Source of the DNA: a virus
Taxonomy: Duplodnaviria; Heunggongvirae; Uroviricota; Caudoviricetes
Direction: 5' to 3' (one strand)
DNA: 18,324 nucleotides
IMG/VR virus record: IMGVR_UViG_2606217174_000014
Within the stretch, counting starts at the first letter, position 1; each line of letters starts with the position of its first letter. The notes under the pieces are model-generated. The model was not told the origin of the DNA. It saw only the letters and a list, made by a program, of their open reading frames with translations, and did not search any database. The position numbers and the translations under genes are program-made. Below, piece by piece: positions 8,475 through 15,858 of the stretch.

Positions 8475-8705
8475 TTAAGCTGCGTTCTTTTCGGTGTGTG
8501 GAAACAACTTCGGAAGATCCGGGCGAATCTGGTATGCCTTCACTACTCCACCAGTAGCCGTAACAATGCTGCCGACATGTTCAGGGGATACCTTTGCTTT
8601 GTTGTGAAGCCACTTATAGACGGCCTGCTGTGAAACTTCGCAAGCAGCGCCCAGTTTCTTTTGTGAACCAACGATATTGATCGCTGTTTTGATAGCTGGG
8701 TTCAT
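8475..8705 (-). CDS. cro: Cro-like HTH repressor (YdaS family)
   Basis: 76 aa, HTH ...AACEVSQQAVYKWLHN..., C-terminal TGG.V....IRPDL pattern, GGAGG Shine-Dalgarno, divergent from cI. Confidence 0.8.
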   Translation of the reverse strand: MNPAIKTAINIVGSQKKLGAACEVSQQAVYKWLHNKAKVSPEHVGSIVTATGGVVKAYQIRPDLPKLFPHTEKNAA

Positions 8706-8809
8706 AACAACCTCCGTGGTTAATTTGAATCAAGATTAAAACTATGGTTGTTTTTAGTCAACAACCATTTTCGTTTGATGGAATAAAACCTTGGTTGTAC
8801 ATTTGGACT
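8706..8809. promoter_or_regulatory. oR/pR/pRM divergent immunity control region
   Basis: Palindrome ATGGTTGTT-n7-AACAACCAT (8744-8768) plus further GGTTG/CAACC motifs. Minus-strand pR: -35 TTGACT (8761..8756) and -10 TAATCT (8738..8733). Plus-strand pRM-like promoter: -35 TTGATG (8775-8780), 17-bp spacer, -10 TACATT (8798-8803), placing the transcript start at the A of the cI ATG. Confidence 0.6.
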
Positions 8810-9499
8810 ATGAAAACAACACTCTCAGAAAGACTTAAAGAAGCCAGATTAGCGCGAGGCCTTACACAAAAGGCGCTTGGGGATTTGGTCGGGGTTAGCC
8901 AGGCTGCTATTCAGAAAATCGAAACAGGGAAAGCTAATCAAACAACTAAAATCGTGGAGATCGCGAACGCTTTGGGTGTGCGCGCAGAATGGTTATCTTC
9001 TGGCGTTGGAAATATGTCAGACAGTACAGTGCAACCAATACAATCAACTGTCAGCCATTCCAAATACTTCAAGATTGACGTTCTTGATATAGAAGTCAGT
9101 GCTGGGCCGGGAGTCATCAACCGTGAGTTTGTAGAAGTTCTACGCTCGGTTGAGTACTCGTTTGACGATGCTCGTCACATGTTCGATGGTAGGAAGGCGG
9201 AAAATATCCGCATCATTAACGTGCGTGGTGACAGCATGTCAGGAACGATCGAACCAGGTGATCTGCTGTTCGTTGATATCACAGTTAAATCTTTCGACGG
9301 TGATGGTATCTATGCGTTTCTGTACGACGACACAGCCCATGTAAAGCGCCTGCAAATGATGAAGGATAAGCTGCTGGTCATCTCTGATAACAAAAGCTAC
9401 TCACCGTGGGACCCGATCGAGAAAGACGAGATGAACCGGGTGTTCATCTTCGGTAAGGTTATTGGGAGCATGCCGCAGACATATAGGAAGCATGGGTAG
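8810..9499 (+). CDS. cI: CI-type prophage repressor (HTH plus LexA/S24-like autocleavage domain)
   Basis: MKTTLSERLKEARLARGLTQKALGDLVGVSQAAIQKIETGK... followed by a C-terminal region with GDSM (catalytic Ser) and a downstream Lys. ORF-track start 8744 rejected because it would overlap the operators. Confidence 0.85.
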   Translation: MKTTLSERLKEARLARGLTQKALGDLVGVSQAAIQKIETGKANQTTKIVEIANALGVRAEWLSSGVGNMSDSTVQPIQSTVSHSKYFKIDVLDIEVSAGPGVINREFVEVLRSVEYSFDDARHMFDGRKAENIRIINVRGDSMSGTIEPGDLLFVDITVKSFDGDGIYAFLYDDTAHVKRLQMMKDKLLVISDNKSYSPWDPIEKDEMNRVFIFGKVIGSMPQTYRKHG

Positions 9500-9620
9500 T
9501 ACCAATTAAAAATTATCAACTGGGCATTGTGCTCATTCAGTAAAGAACTAATTCCTATCTTTGCTCTAGGTAGTAATATTAAGCCACCGCAATAATATCT
9601 TTACCTAACGGCGTAAGAAT

Positions 9621-9647
9621 CCCGGTCACCGTGCCGGGTTTTCTTTT
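9621..9647 (+). terminator. Rho-independent terminator downstream of cI
   Basis: CCCGG-tcaccgtg-CCGGG stem-loop followed by TTTTCTTTT. Confidence 0.65.
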
Positions 9648-9740
9648 GCCCTCCCCTCATCACACACACCGTTAAAAAAACCACCATAACCTCGCTTCAG
9701 TTATCGCTATGTGATTCAAGTCACAAAATAAATCCATCCT

Positions 9741-9817
9741 AAATACAACCAGTTATATCTAAAACAACCAATAAAACAACTTTTGTTGTTGACGATAAAA
9801 CAACTATAGTTTTAAAT
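9741..9817 (+). promoter_or_regulatory. oL/pL region
   Basis: Repeated AACAAC half-sites including the perfect palindrome AACAAC-tttt-GTTGTT (9775-9790), which overlaps the -35 TTGACG (9789-9794); 17-bp spacer; -10 TTAAAT (9812-9817). The 19-bp core aaaacaac[t/c]atagttttaa is shared with pR. Confidence 0.6.
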
Positions 9818-9890
9818 AAGTTCATCGCAACAACACAACGATACGGCAACTACCTGATTCACCGTTGCGATGACCGCTTAGATCCGCAGT

Positions 9891-10301
9891 TTGAATTTCA
9901 GCAGGCTTCGGGGAGTGCGAGGGGTGAAACGGACGCGTGAACGTCGGTGTGACCAGCTGAAATTAACTCAACATTTCATACCTCAGTCGCTTCAACGAGG
10001 CGGCTTAGTTATGACAACCGGCGGCCATCCACCGCCTGAATATGCGCAGAAGTCTCTATATGTTCAGCAGCCCAGCTTACGGGCAGGAGTTTTTATGGTT
10101 CATCAACATTACGGAACACAGACCGTTAATCGCGGCGCGGTCATGCCAGGAATGCTGGTCAAACACAAAGATGGTACCTGGACTGCATCAGCTAATTTAC
10201 GCGGACGGCTTTATCTGCATCGCGGCATCGAGCGCACTTATACCAGTGATTTGCTCGTGGAAGTTTTTCTCGACGGACGCGGTAACGGCCTGAATCACTA
10301 A
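9891..10301 (+). CDS. Hypothetical protein in the N position (136 aa from 9891, or 96 aa from the ATG at 10011)
   Basis: First ORF downstream of pL. The N-terminus carries an Arg-rich stretch (RLRGVRGVKRTRERR) resembling the arginine-rich motifs of lambdoid N proteins. The 10011 start has a GAGG Shine-Dalgarno; the 9891 start has none. Confidence 0.4.
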   Translation: MNFSRLRGVRGVKRTRERRCDQLKLTQHFIPQSLQRGGLVMTTGGHPPPEYAQKSLYVQQPSLRAGVFMVHQHYGTQTVNRGAVMPGMLVKHKDGTWTASANLRGRLYLHRGIERTYTSDLLVEVFLDGRGNGLNH

Positions 10302-10377
10302 CCCCCCTTTCCTGTTTTCCTAATCAGCCTGGCATTTCGCGGGCGATATTTTCACAGCCATTTTCAGGAGTTCAGCC

Positions 10378-10674
10378 ATGAACGCTTATTACATTCAGGA
10401 TCGTCTTGAGGCTCAGAGCTGGGCGCGTCACTACCAGCAGCTCGCCCGTGAAGAGAAAGAGGCAGAACTGGCAGACGACATGGAAAAAAGCCTGCCCCAG
10501 CACCTGTTTGAATCGCTATGCATCGATCATTTGCAACGCCACGGGGCCAGCAAAAAAGCCATTACCCGTGCGTTTGATGACGATGTTGAGTTTCAGGAGC
10601 GCATGGCAGAACACATCCGGTACATGGTTGAAACCATTGCTCACCACCAGGTTGATATTGATTCAGAGGTATAA
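10378..10674 (+). CDS. gam: Gam, RecBCD inhibitor (98-aa GamS form)
   Basis: [37 protein letters not shown]... matches lambda Gam. Confidence 0.92.
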   Translation: MNAYYIQDRLEAQSWARHYQQLAREEKEAELADDMEKSLPQHLFESLCIDHLQRHGASKKAITRAFDDDVEFQERMAEHIRYMVETIAHHQVDIDSEV

Positions 10675-10679
10675 AACGG

Positions 10680-11465
10680 ATGAGTACAGCACTCGCAACG
10701 CTGGCTGGGAAGCTGGCTGAACGTGTCGGCATGGATTCTGTCGACCCACAGGAACTGATCACCACTCTTCGCCAGACGGCATTTAAAGGTGATGCCAGCG
10801 ATGCGCAGTTCATCGCATTGTTGATCGTCGCCAACCAGTACGGCCTTAATCCGTGGACGAAAGAAATTTACGCCTTCCCTGACAAGCAGAACGGCATCGT
10901 TCCGGTGGTGGGCGTTGATGGCTGGTCCCGTATCATCAATGAAAACCAGCAGTTTGATGGCATGGACTTTGAGCAGGACAATGAATCATGTACATGCCGG
11001 ATTTACCGCAAGGACCGTAATCATCCGATCTGCGTTACCGAGTGGATGGATGAATGCCGCCGCGAACCATTCAAAACCCGCGAAGGCAGAGAAATCACGG
11101 GGCCGTGGCAGTCGCATCCCAAACGGATGTTACGGCATAAAGCCATGATTCAGTGTGCCCGTCTCGCCTTCGGATTTGCTGGTATCTATGACAAGGATGA
11201 AGCCGAGCGCATTGTCGAAAATACCGCATACACTGCAGAACGTCAGCCGGAACGCGACATCACTCCGGTTAACGATGAAACCATGCAGGAGATTAACACT
11301 CTGCTGATCGCCCTGGATAAAACATGGGATGACGACTTATTGCCGCTCTGTTCCCAGATATTTCGCCGCGACATTCGCGCATCGTCAGAACTGACACAGG
11401 CCGAAGCAGTGAAAGCTCTTGGATTCCTGAAACAGAAAGCCACTGAGCAGAAGGTGGCAGCATGA
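10680..11465 (+). CDS. bet: Bet (Red-beta single-strand annealing protein)
   Basis: 261-aa translation [38 protein letters not shown]... matches lambda Bet. Confidence 0.95.
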   Translation: MSTALATLAGKLAERVGMDSVDPQELITTLRQTAFKGDASDAQFIALLIVANQYGLNPWTKEIYAFPDKQNGIVPVVGVDGWSRIINENQQFDGMDFEQDNESCTCRIYRKDRNHPICVTEWMDECRREPFKTREGREITGPWQSHPKRMLRHKAMIQCARLAFGFAGIYDKDEAERIVENTAYTAERQPERDITPVNDETMQEINTLLIALDKTWDDDLLPLCSQIFRRDIRASSELTQAEAVKALGFLKQKATEQKVAA

Positions 11466-12142
11466 CACCGGACATTATCCTGCAGCGTACCGGGATCGAC
11501 GTGAGAGCTGTCGAACAGGGGGATGATGCATGGCACAAATTACGGCTCGGCGTCATCACCGCTTCAGAAGTTCACAACGTGATAGCAAAGCCCCGCTCAG
11601 GAAAGAAGTGGCCTGACATGAAAATGTCCTACTTCCACACCCTGCTGGCTGAGGTTTGCACCGGTGTGGCTCCGGAAGTTAATGCTAAGGCGCTGGCCTG
11701 GGGAAAACAGTACGAGAACGACGCCAGAACCCTGTTTGAATTCACTTCCGGCGTGAATATTACTGAATCCCCGATCATCTATCGCGACGAAAATATGCGC
11801 ACCGCCTGCTCTCCCGATGGTTTATGCAGTGACGGCAACGGCCTTGAACTGAAATGCCCGTTTACCTCCCGGGATTTCATGAAATTCCGGCTCGGTGGTT
11901 TCGAGGCAATAAAATCGGCTTACATGGCCCAGGTGCAGTACAGCATGTGGGTGACGCGAAAAGATGCCTGGTACTTTGCCAACTATGACCCGCGCATGAA
12001 GCGTGAAGGCCTGCATTATGTCGTGATTGAGCGGAATGAAAAGTACATGGCGAGTTTTGACGAGATGGTGCCGGAGTTCATCGAAAAAATGGACGAGGCA
12101 CTGGCTGAAATTGGTTTTGTATTTGGGGAGCAATGGCGATGA
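11462..12142 (+). CDS. exo: Exo (lambda exonuclease, Red-alpha)
   Basis: 226-aa translation [40 protein letters not shown]... matches lambda Exo; the start overlaps the bet stop. Confidence 0.95.
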   Translation: MTPDIILQRTGIDVRAVEQGDDAWHKLRLGVITASEVHNVIAKPRSGKKWPDMKMSYFHTLLAEVCTGVAPEVNAKALAWGKQYENDARTLFEFTSGVNITESPIIYRDENMRTACSPDGLCSDGNGLELKCPFTSRDFMKFRLGGFEAIKSAYMAQVQYSMWVTRKDAWYFANYDPRMKREGLHYVVIERNEKYMASFDEMVPEFIEKMDEALAEIGFVFGEQWR

Positions 12143-12321
12143 CGCATCCTCACGATAATATCCGGGTAGGCGCGATCACTTTCGTCTACTCCGTTACAAA
12201 GCGAGGCTGGGGATTTCCCAGCCTTTCTGTTATCCAAAATCCACTGAAAGCCCAGCGGCTGGCTGAGGAGATAAATAATAAACGAGGGGCTGTATGCACA
12301 AAGCATCTCCCGTTGAGTTAA
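12133..12321 (+). CDS. Lambda orf60a-like small protein
   Basis: 62 aa, [21 protein letters not shown]...; sits directly downstream of exo as in lambda. Confidence 0.6.
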   Translation: MAMTHPHDNIRVGAITFVYSVTKRGWGFPSLSVIQNPLKAQRLAEEINNKRGAVCTKHLPLS

Positions 12322-12485
12322 GAACGAGTATCGAGATGGCACATAGCCTCGCTCAAATTGGAGTCAGGTTTGTGCCAATACCAGTAGAAACAGACGAAGA
12401 ATTTCACACGTTAGCCGCATCCCTTTCACAAAAGCTGGAAATGATGGTGGCGAAAGCAGAAGCAGATGAGAGAGACCAGGTATGA
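12294..12485 (+). CDS. Lambda orf63-like small protein
   Basis: 63 aa, [23 protein letters not shown]...; lambda gene order. Confidence 0.6.
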   Translation: MHKASPVELRTSIEMAHSLAQIGVRFVPIPVETDEEFHTLAASLSQKLEMMVAKAEADERDQV

Positions 12486-12565
12486 CAACCACTGAATGCA
12501 TTTTTCTGGCAGCGGGCTTCATATTCTGTGTGCTTATGCTTGCCGACATGGGACTTGTTCAATGA
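12482..12565 (+). CDS. Small hydrophobic peptide (27 aa, MTTTECIFLAAGFIFCVLMLADMGLVQ)
   Basis: ATGA overlaps at both ends (with the orf63 stop and the next gene's start) suggest translational coupling. Likely a single-pass membrane peptide. Confidence 0.4.
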   Translation: MTTTECIFLAAGFIFCVLMLADMGLVQ

Positions 12566-12777
12566 CACCTCAGCAGGAAAACGCCCTTCGCAGCATTGCC
12601 CGTCAGGCTAATTCTGAAATCAAAAAAGCCAGACAGCAGTTTCCGGATAAAAACGTCGATGACATTTGCCGTAGCGTACTGAAGAAGCACCGCGAAACGG
12701 TAACGCTGATGGGATTCACACCGACTCATTTAAGCCTGGCAATCGGCATGTTAAACGGCGTCTTTAAGGAACGATGA
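12562..12777 (+). CDS. Lambda orf61-region small protein (71 aa)
   Basis: MTPQQENALRSIARQANSEIKKARQQFPDKNVDD...; the ORF-track start at 12496 is less likely than the coupled ATG at 12562. Confidence 0.55.
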   Translation: MTPQQENALRSIARQANSEIKKARQQFPDKNVDDICRSVLKKHRETVTLMGFTPTHLSLAIGMLNGVFKER

Positions 12778-12799
12778 ACATGAAAAGCAAAATCATCAG

Positions 12800-12820
12800 G
12801 GAGCTACAGGCTCCTTTTTT
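12800..12820 (+). terminator. Intrinsic terminator-like hairpin inside the pL operon
   Basis: GGAGC-tacag-GCTCC followed by TTTTTT. Confidence 0.55.
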
Positions 12821-12875
12821 ATTATTCGCATTCACCCTCAAGCGTATTAACCAACAATTCAGGGATTAATGGAAG

Positions 12876-13097
12876 ATGGCAGACATCATTGATTCAGCAT
12901 CAGAAATTGAAGAATTACAGCGCAACACAGCAATAAAAATGCGCCGCCTGAACCACCAGGCTATATCTGCCACTCATTGTTGTGAGTGTGGCGATCCGAT
13001 AGATGAACGAAGACGCCTGGTCGTTCAGGGTTGTCGGACTTGTGCAAGTTGCCAGGAAGATCTGGAGCTTATCAGTAAACAGAGAGGTTCGAAGTGA
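12876..13097 (+). CDS. TraR/DksA-family C4 zinc-finger protein (lambda Orf73-like)
   Basis: 73 aa with CCECGD...x17...CRTCASC, the DksA/TraR zinc-finger pattern. Confidence 0.8.
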   Translation: MADIIDSASEIEELQRNTAIKMRRLNHQAISATHCCECGDPIDERRRLVVQGCRTCASCQEDLELISKQRGSK

Positions 13098-13396
13098 GCG
13101 AAATTAACTCTCAGGCACTGCGTGAAGCGGCAGAGCAGGCAATGCATGACGACTGGGGATTTGACGCAGACCTTTTCCATGAATTGGTAACACCATCGAT
13201 TGTGCTGGAACTGCTGGATGAGCGGGAAAGAAACCAGCAATACATCAAACGCCGCGACCAGGAGAACGAGGAAATTGCGCTAACGGTAGGAAAGCTGCGC
13301 GTTGAGCTGGAAGCAGCAAAATCAAAACTCAACGAGCAGCGTGAATATTACGAAGGTGTTATCTCGGATGGAAGTAAGCGTATTGCTGAACTGTAG
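13094..13396 (+). CDS. Ea22-like protein, apparently C-terminally truncated (100 aa)
   Basis: MSEINSQALREAAEQAMHDDWGFDADLFHELV...; the coiled-coil N-terminal part resembles lambda Ea22 as I recall it. It ends at tandem stops (TAGGCCTAG) where foreign AT-rich DNA begins. Confidence 0.55.
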   Translation: MSEINSQALREAAEQAMHDDWGFDADLFHELVTPSIVLELLDERERNQQYIKRRDQENEEIALTVGKLRVELEAAKSKLNEQREYYEGVISDGSKRIAEL

Positions 13397-13646
13397 GCCT
13401 AGGTTGAGTGTACAAGATTTGCATACGTAAGAGCAAAAGACAAGGGAGAATTGATCAGAGTTATTACCTGCCAACCAACGGGATATTACGCTTACGTACC
13501 ATGTAACTAGGAATCCTTGAAGTGGCAGCCTAACTGTGGATACACTGAAATGGCGATTTGGTAACATGTTTCGCACAAGGCTGTTACTACGCTTAGAGAT
13601 AATCAGTCATGATTAAATGCTTTGTAAAAAGTAAAAGGAAATTACA

Positions 13647-14261
13647 ATGAAAAAATCAACACTAATTTTAGGGCTTACGTTAATTGTCTCATCTCAAATA
13701 CCATCGGCAATGGCAAAAAATGAATCAAAACTTTGGGTTGTTGTTGATCGAACGGAAAGACATACCTGCCCTTCAAGTAAATGTGGAGTGGCTGGGAAAC
13801 TATTTTTCAGGGAAGGCGTAGATTTTCTAGAAAAAAAAGGTGAATGGGTTCGTATAACTGAGCCATATTCAGCCTCATGTGTGGGAGGGGAAAGCGAATA
13901 TATTAAAGAAGGTAATAAATCCTGCACAAGAAAAAACGGAATCGTTAATGGCAAGTTTTCAGAATGGGTTAAACTTAGTGATCTTAGCAGTGAAAGGCCA
14001 TCAGATCCTGCTGAAAATGCGAGCAGAAATGATACCTTAATCAAAGGATCTGATGACTACCGTATATACAAAAAAGAGTTTTCTTCGGCAGCTAGGAAGT
14101 TAATAAGTGAAGGTGTCTGCACGGAGAGCGATTTTAAGGAAGTTGGAGGGTGGATGGCATCAAGCAATAAGGGTGAAAACATCTATTTCACATATTGCGG
14201 AGGAATGACGTTGTCGAACAGAATATATCTAGACGTTAAAAGTGGAAAGACTTTTAGATAA
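13647..14261 (+). CDS. Secreted Cys-rich hypothetical protein (204 aa, Sec signal peptide, predicted periplasmic)
   Basis: N-terminal MKKSTLILGLTLIVSSQIPSAMA|KN (AxA cleavage site, no lipobox); the mature part has 8 Cys; AAGGA Shine-Dalgarno; AT-rich. Confidence 0.7.
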   Translation: MKKSTLILGLTLIVSSQIPSAMAKNESKLWVVVDRTERHTCPSSKCGVAGKLFFREGVDFLEKKGEWVRITEPYSASCVGGESEYIKEGNKSCTRKNGIVNGKFSEWVKLSDLSSERPSDPAENASRNDTLIKGSDDYRIYKKEFSSAARKLISEGVCTESDFKEVGGWMASSNKGENIYFTYCGGMTLSNRIYLDVKSGKTFR

Positions 14262-14554
14262 TATGATATTACCAATGACAGCATTAATTTAATGCCTCCA
14301 TAGAATTATCTCTAGGAAGTAAGTATAAGAAAAGTCCGCACAATGAGCTGCTGCGGGCTTTGTGTTATTCGCCATATTTTATGAAGCAAATACGACACTA
14401 TAGATAATTAAGCGTTACTGGTTGTCGATTCCTCACTCATTCCTGCTGATGGCTGTCTTCTTGTATGTGTCATTGAAGGGTAATATCGCGTAAAAAGATA
14501 CCGGAAGTATCCGCGCCGCCATGATTGTCTTTCTCCTGATGCAGGAAAAGCAGA

Positions 14555-14893
14555 ATGACTAAATCAGCAGCAGAGCGCAAAGCCGATCAGAGAGCCAAGC
14601 AAGCATCATCCGGTATGCGTAAGCTGGAGCTTGTACTTGATGCTCAGGAAATTGAAATGCTGGAGCGTAACTGAGCCACGCGCCGCTTCAGGCGTGCGCC
14701 TTACGAGTTTGGTGAGTACATAGCGTTACTGAGCCGCCAGGATGATGCACGTGTGCGCTGGCGTATAAAATCGATTAGCAGAAAACGTTGCCGTAAGTGC
14801 GGCGAGAGAGTTCCTGTTAATTCATGCCCGTGTAATGGTGACTCACAATACTGGGTGACCAAAGGCTGGCACGAAACAAAATTAATGATATAA
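14555..14893 (+). pseudogene. Zinc-ribbon small-protein gene interrupted by an in-frame TGA (39 aa, stop, 72 aa)
   Basis: Manual translation MTKSAAERKADQRAKQASSGMRKLELVLDAQEIEMLERN*ATRRFRRAPYEFGEYIALLSRQDDARVRWRIKSISRKRCRKCGERVPVNSCPCNGDSQYWVTKGWHETKLMI. One continuous frame with a TGA at 14672-14674. Confidence 0.4.
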
Positions 14894-14921
14894 ATCTCTG
14901 TGACATGTCACGGAGGCGGCA

Positions 14922-15350
14922 ATGAAATTAGACCAGCAATATCTAAAAGATCTACTTATCGCATTCGAAAAAACTTATGGCCCTGACACGATGCTTAGTG
15001 AACTAGAGGATAATGGCTTTAATAGATATGACCAAAATTTTATTTTCCATATGCGATTATTATGTGACTACGAATTAATAGTTAGGGTTGATGGAAAACC
15101 TGGGTTCGGTCATATAATGTCCAACGAGTTAGGGGAAGGTGTTGAATATAGTTGGATCGAAGTACCACTGAGGTTGACAGCAAGAGGGCATGATTTTATT
15201 GCTGACTTACGTCAAAAGGAGGTCTGGCAAGCTATAAAAACAAACTTTAAGGATGAGGGGATTAGTACTCTTATGAGTGTTTCAAAATCACTAGCAAAAG
15301 GCTTTGCAAGAAAAAAAATAAAAGATATTACAGGAATAGATATTGAATAA
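14922..15350 (+). CDS. Hypothetical protein, 142 aa, AT-rich orphan
   Basis: GGAGG Shine-Dalgarno 6 nt upstream of the ATG; followed by an intrinsic terminator; no family recognised. Confidence 0.65.
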   Translation: MKLDQQYLKDLLIAFEKTYGPDTMLSELEDNGFNRYDQNFIFHMRLLCDYELIVRVDGKPGFGHIMSNELGEGVEYSWIEVPLRLTARGHDFIADLRQKEVWQAIKTNFKDEGISTLMSVSKSLAKGFARKKIKDITGIDIE

Positions 15351-15396
15351 TTCTTAGCATAAAGCAACTACTGCCTTTGGTGAAAATTATATCTGA

Positions 15397-15419
15397 ACTC
15401 GCTACGGCGAGTTTTTTTT
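15397..15419 (+). terminator. Rho-independent terminator after the 142-aa gene
   Basis: ACTCGC-tacg-GCGAGT followed by TTTTTTTT. Confidence 0.7.
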
Positions 15420-15459
15420 ATGGAGATGATAAATGCACTTCCGAGTCACAGGTGAATAG

Positions 15460-15600
15460 AATGGAGAACCATTCAACAGAGTTATCGAAGCCGAGAACAT
15501 CAGCGACTGCTATGACCACTGGATGCTGTGGGCGCAGATAGCACATGCAGACGTAACCAATATTCGAATTGAAGAACTGAAAGAACACCAAGCCGCCTGA
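15460..15600 (+). pseudogene. 3-prime gene remnant with no start codon (...GEPFNRVIEAENISDCYDHWMLWAQIAHADVTNIRIEELKEHQAA*)
   Basis: Open frame of about 46 codons bounded upstream by TAG, with no in-frame start near its 5-prime end; it ends inside the terminator upstream of xis. Confidence 0.3.
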
Positions 15601-15613
15601 TGGCGGTTTTTTC
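15591..15613 (+). terminator. Terminator-like hairpin upstream of xis
   Basis: CCGCC-tgat-GGCGG followed by TTTTTT. Confidence 0.6.
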
Positions 15614-15639
15614 TTGCGTGTAATTGCGGAGACTTTGCG

Positions 15640-15858
15640 ATGTACTTGACACTTCAGGAGTGGAACGCTCGCCAGCGACGCCCAAGAAGCCTTGAAACAG
15701 TTCGTCGATGGGTGCGCGAATGCAGGATATTCCCTCCTCCGGTTAAGGATGGAAGAGAATATCTGTTCCACGAATCAGCGGTAAAGGTTGACTTAAATCG
15801 ACCAGTAACAGGTAGCCTTTTGAAGAGGATCAGAAATGGGAAGAAGGCGAAGTCATGA
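15640..15858 (+). CDS. xis: Excisionase Xis
   Basis: 72-aa translation MYLTLQEWNARQRRPRSLETVRRWVRECRIFPPPVKDGREYLFHESAVKVDLNRPVTGSLLKRIRNGKKAKS matches lambda Xis. Confidence 0.95.
   Translation: MYLTLQEWNARQRRPRSLETVRRWVRECRIFPPPVKDGREYLFHESAVKVDLNRPVTGSLLKRIRNGKKAKS

Noticed and set aside
10321-10377. Longer GamL isoform
   Set aside because: The upstream in-frame sequence is related to the lambda GamL extension but is closed by a TAA at 10321-10323 with no in-frame ATG, so only the 98-aa form is called.
13385-13400. AGGCCTAGG (overlapping StuI/AvrII-like sites) as evidence of an engineered cloning junction
   Set aside because: It is a single short palindrome with no other vector hallmarks (no polylinker, no marker gene); a natural recombination junction is the more parsimonious reading.
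14672-14700. Selenocysteine insertion (UGA plus SECIS) in the split zinc-ribbon ORF
   Set aside because: The downstream hairpin is short and lacks the fdhF-type SECIS apical loop features; a nonsense mutation or pseudogene is more parsimonious. It is kept only as a low-probability alternative in the finding.
15418-15771. 117-aa minus-strand ORF overlapping xis
   Set aside because: Antisense to confidently identified xis; no independent support.
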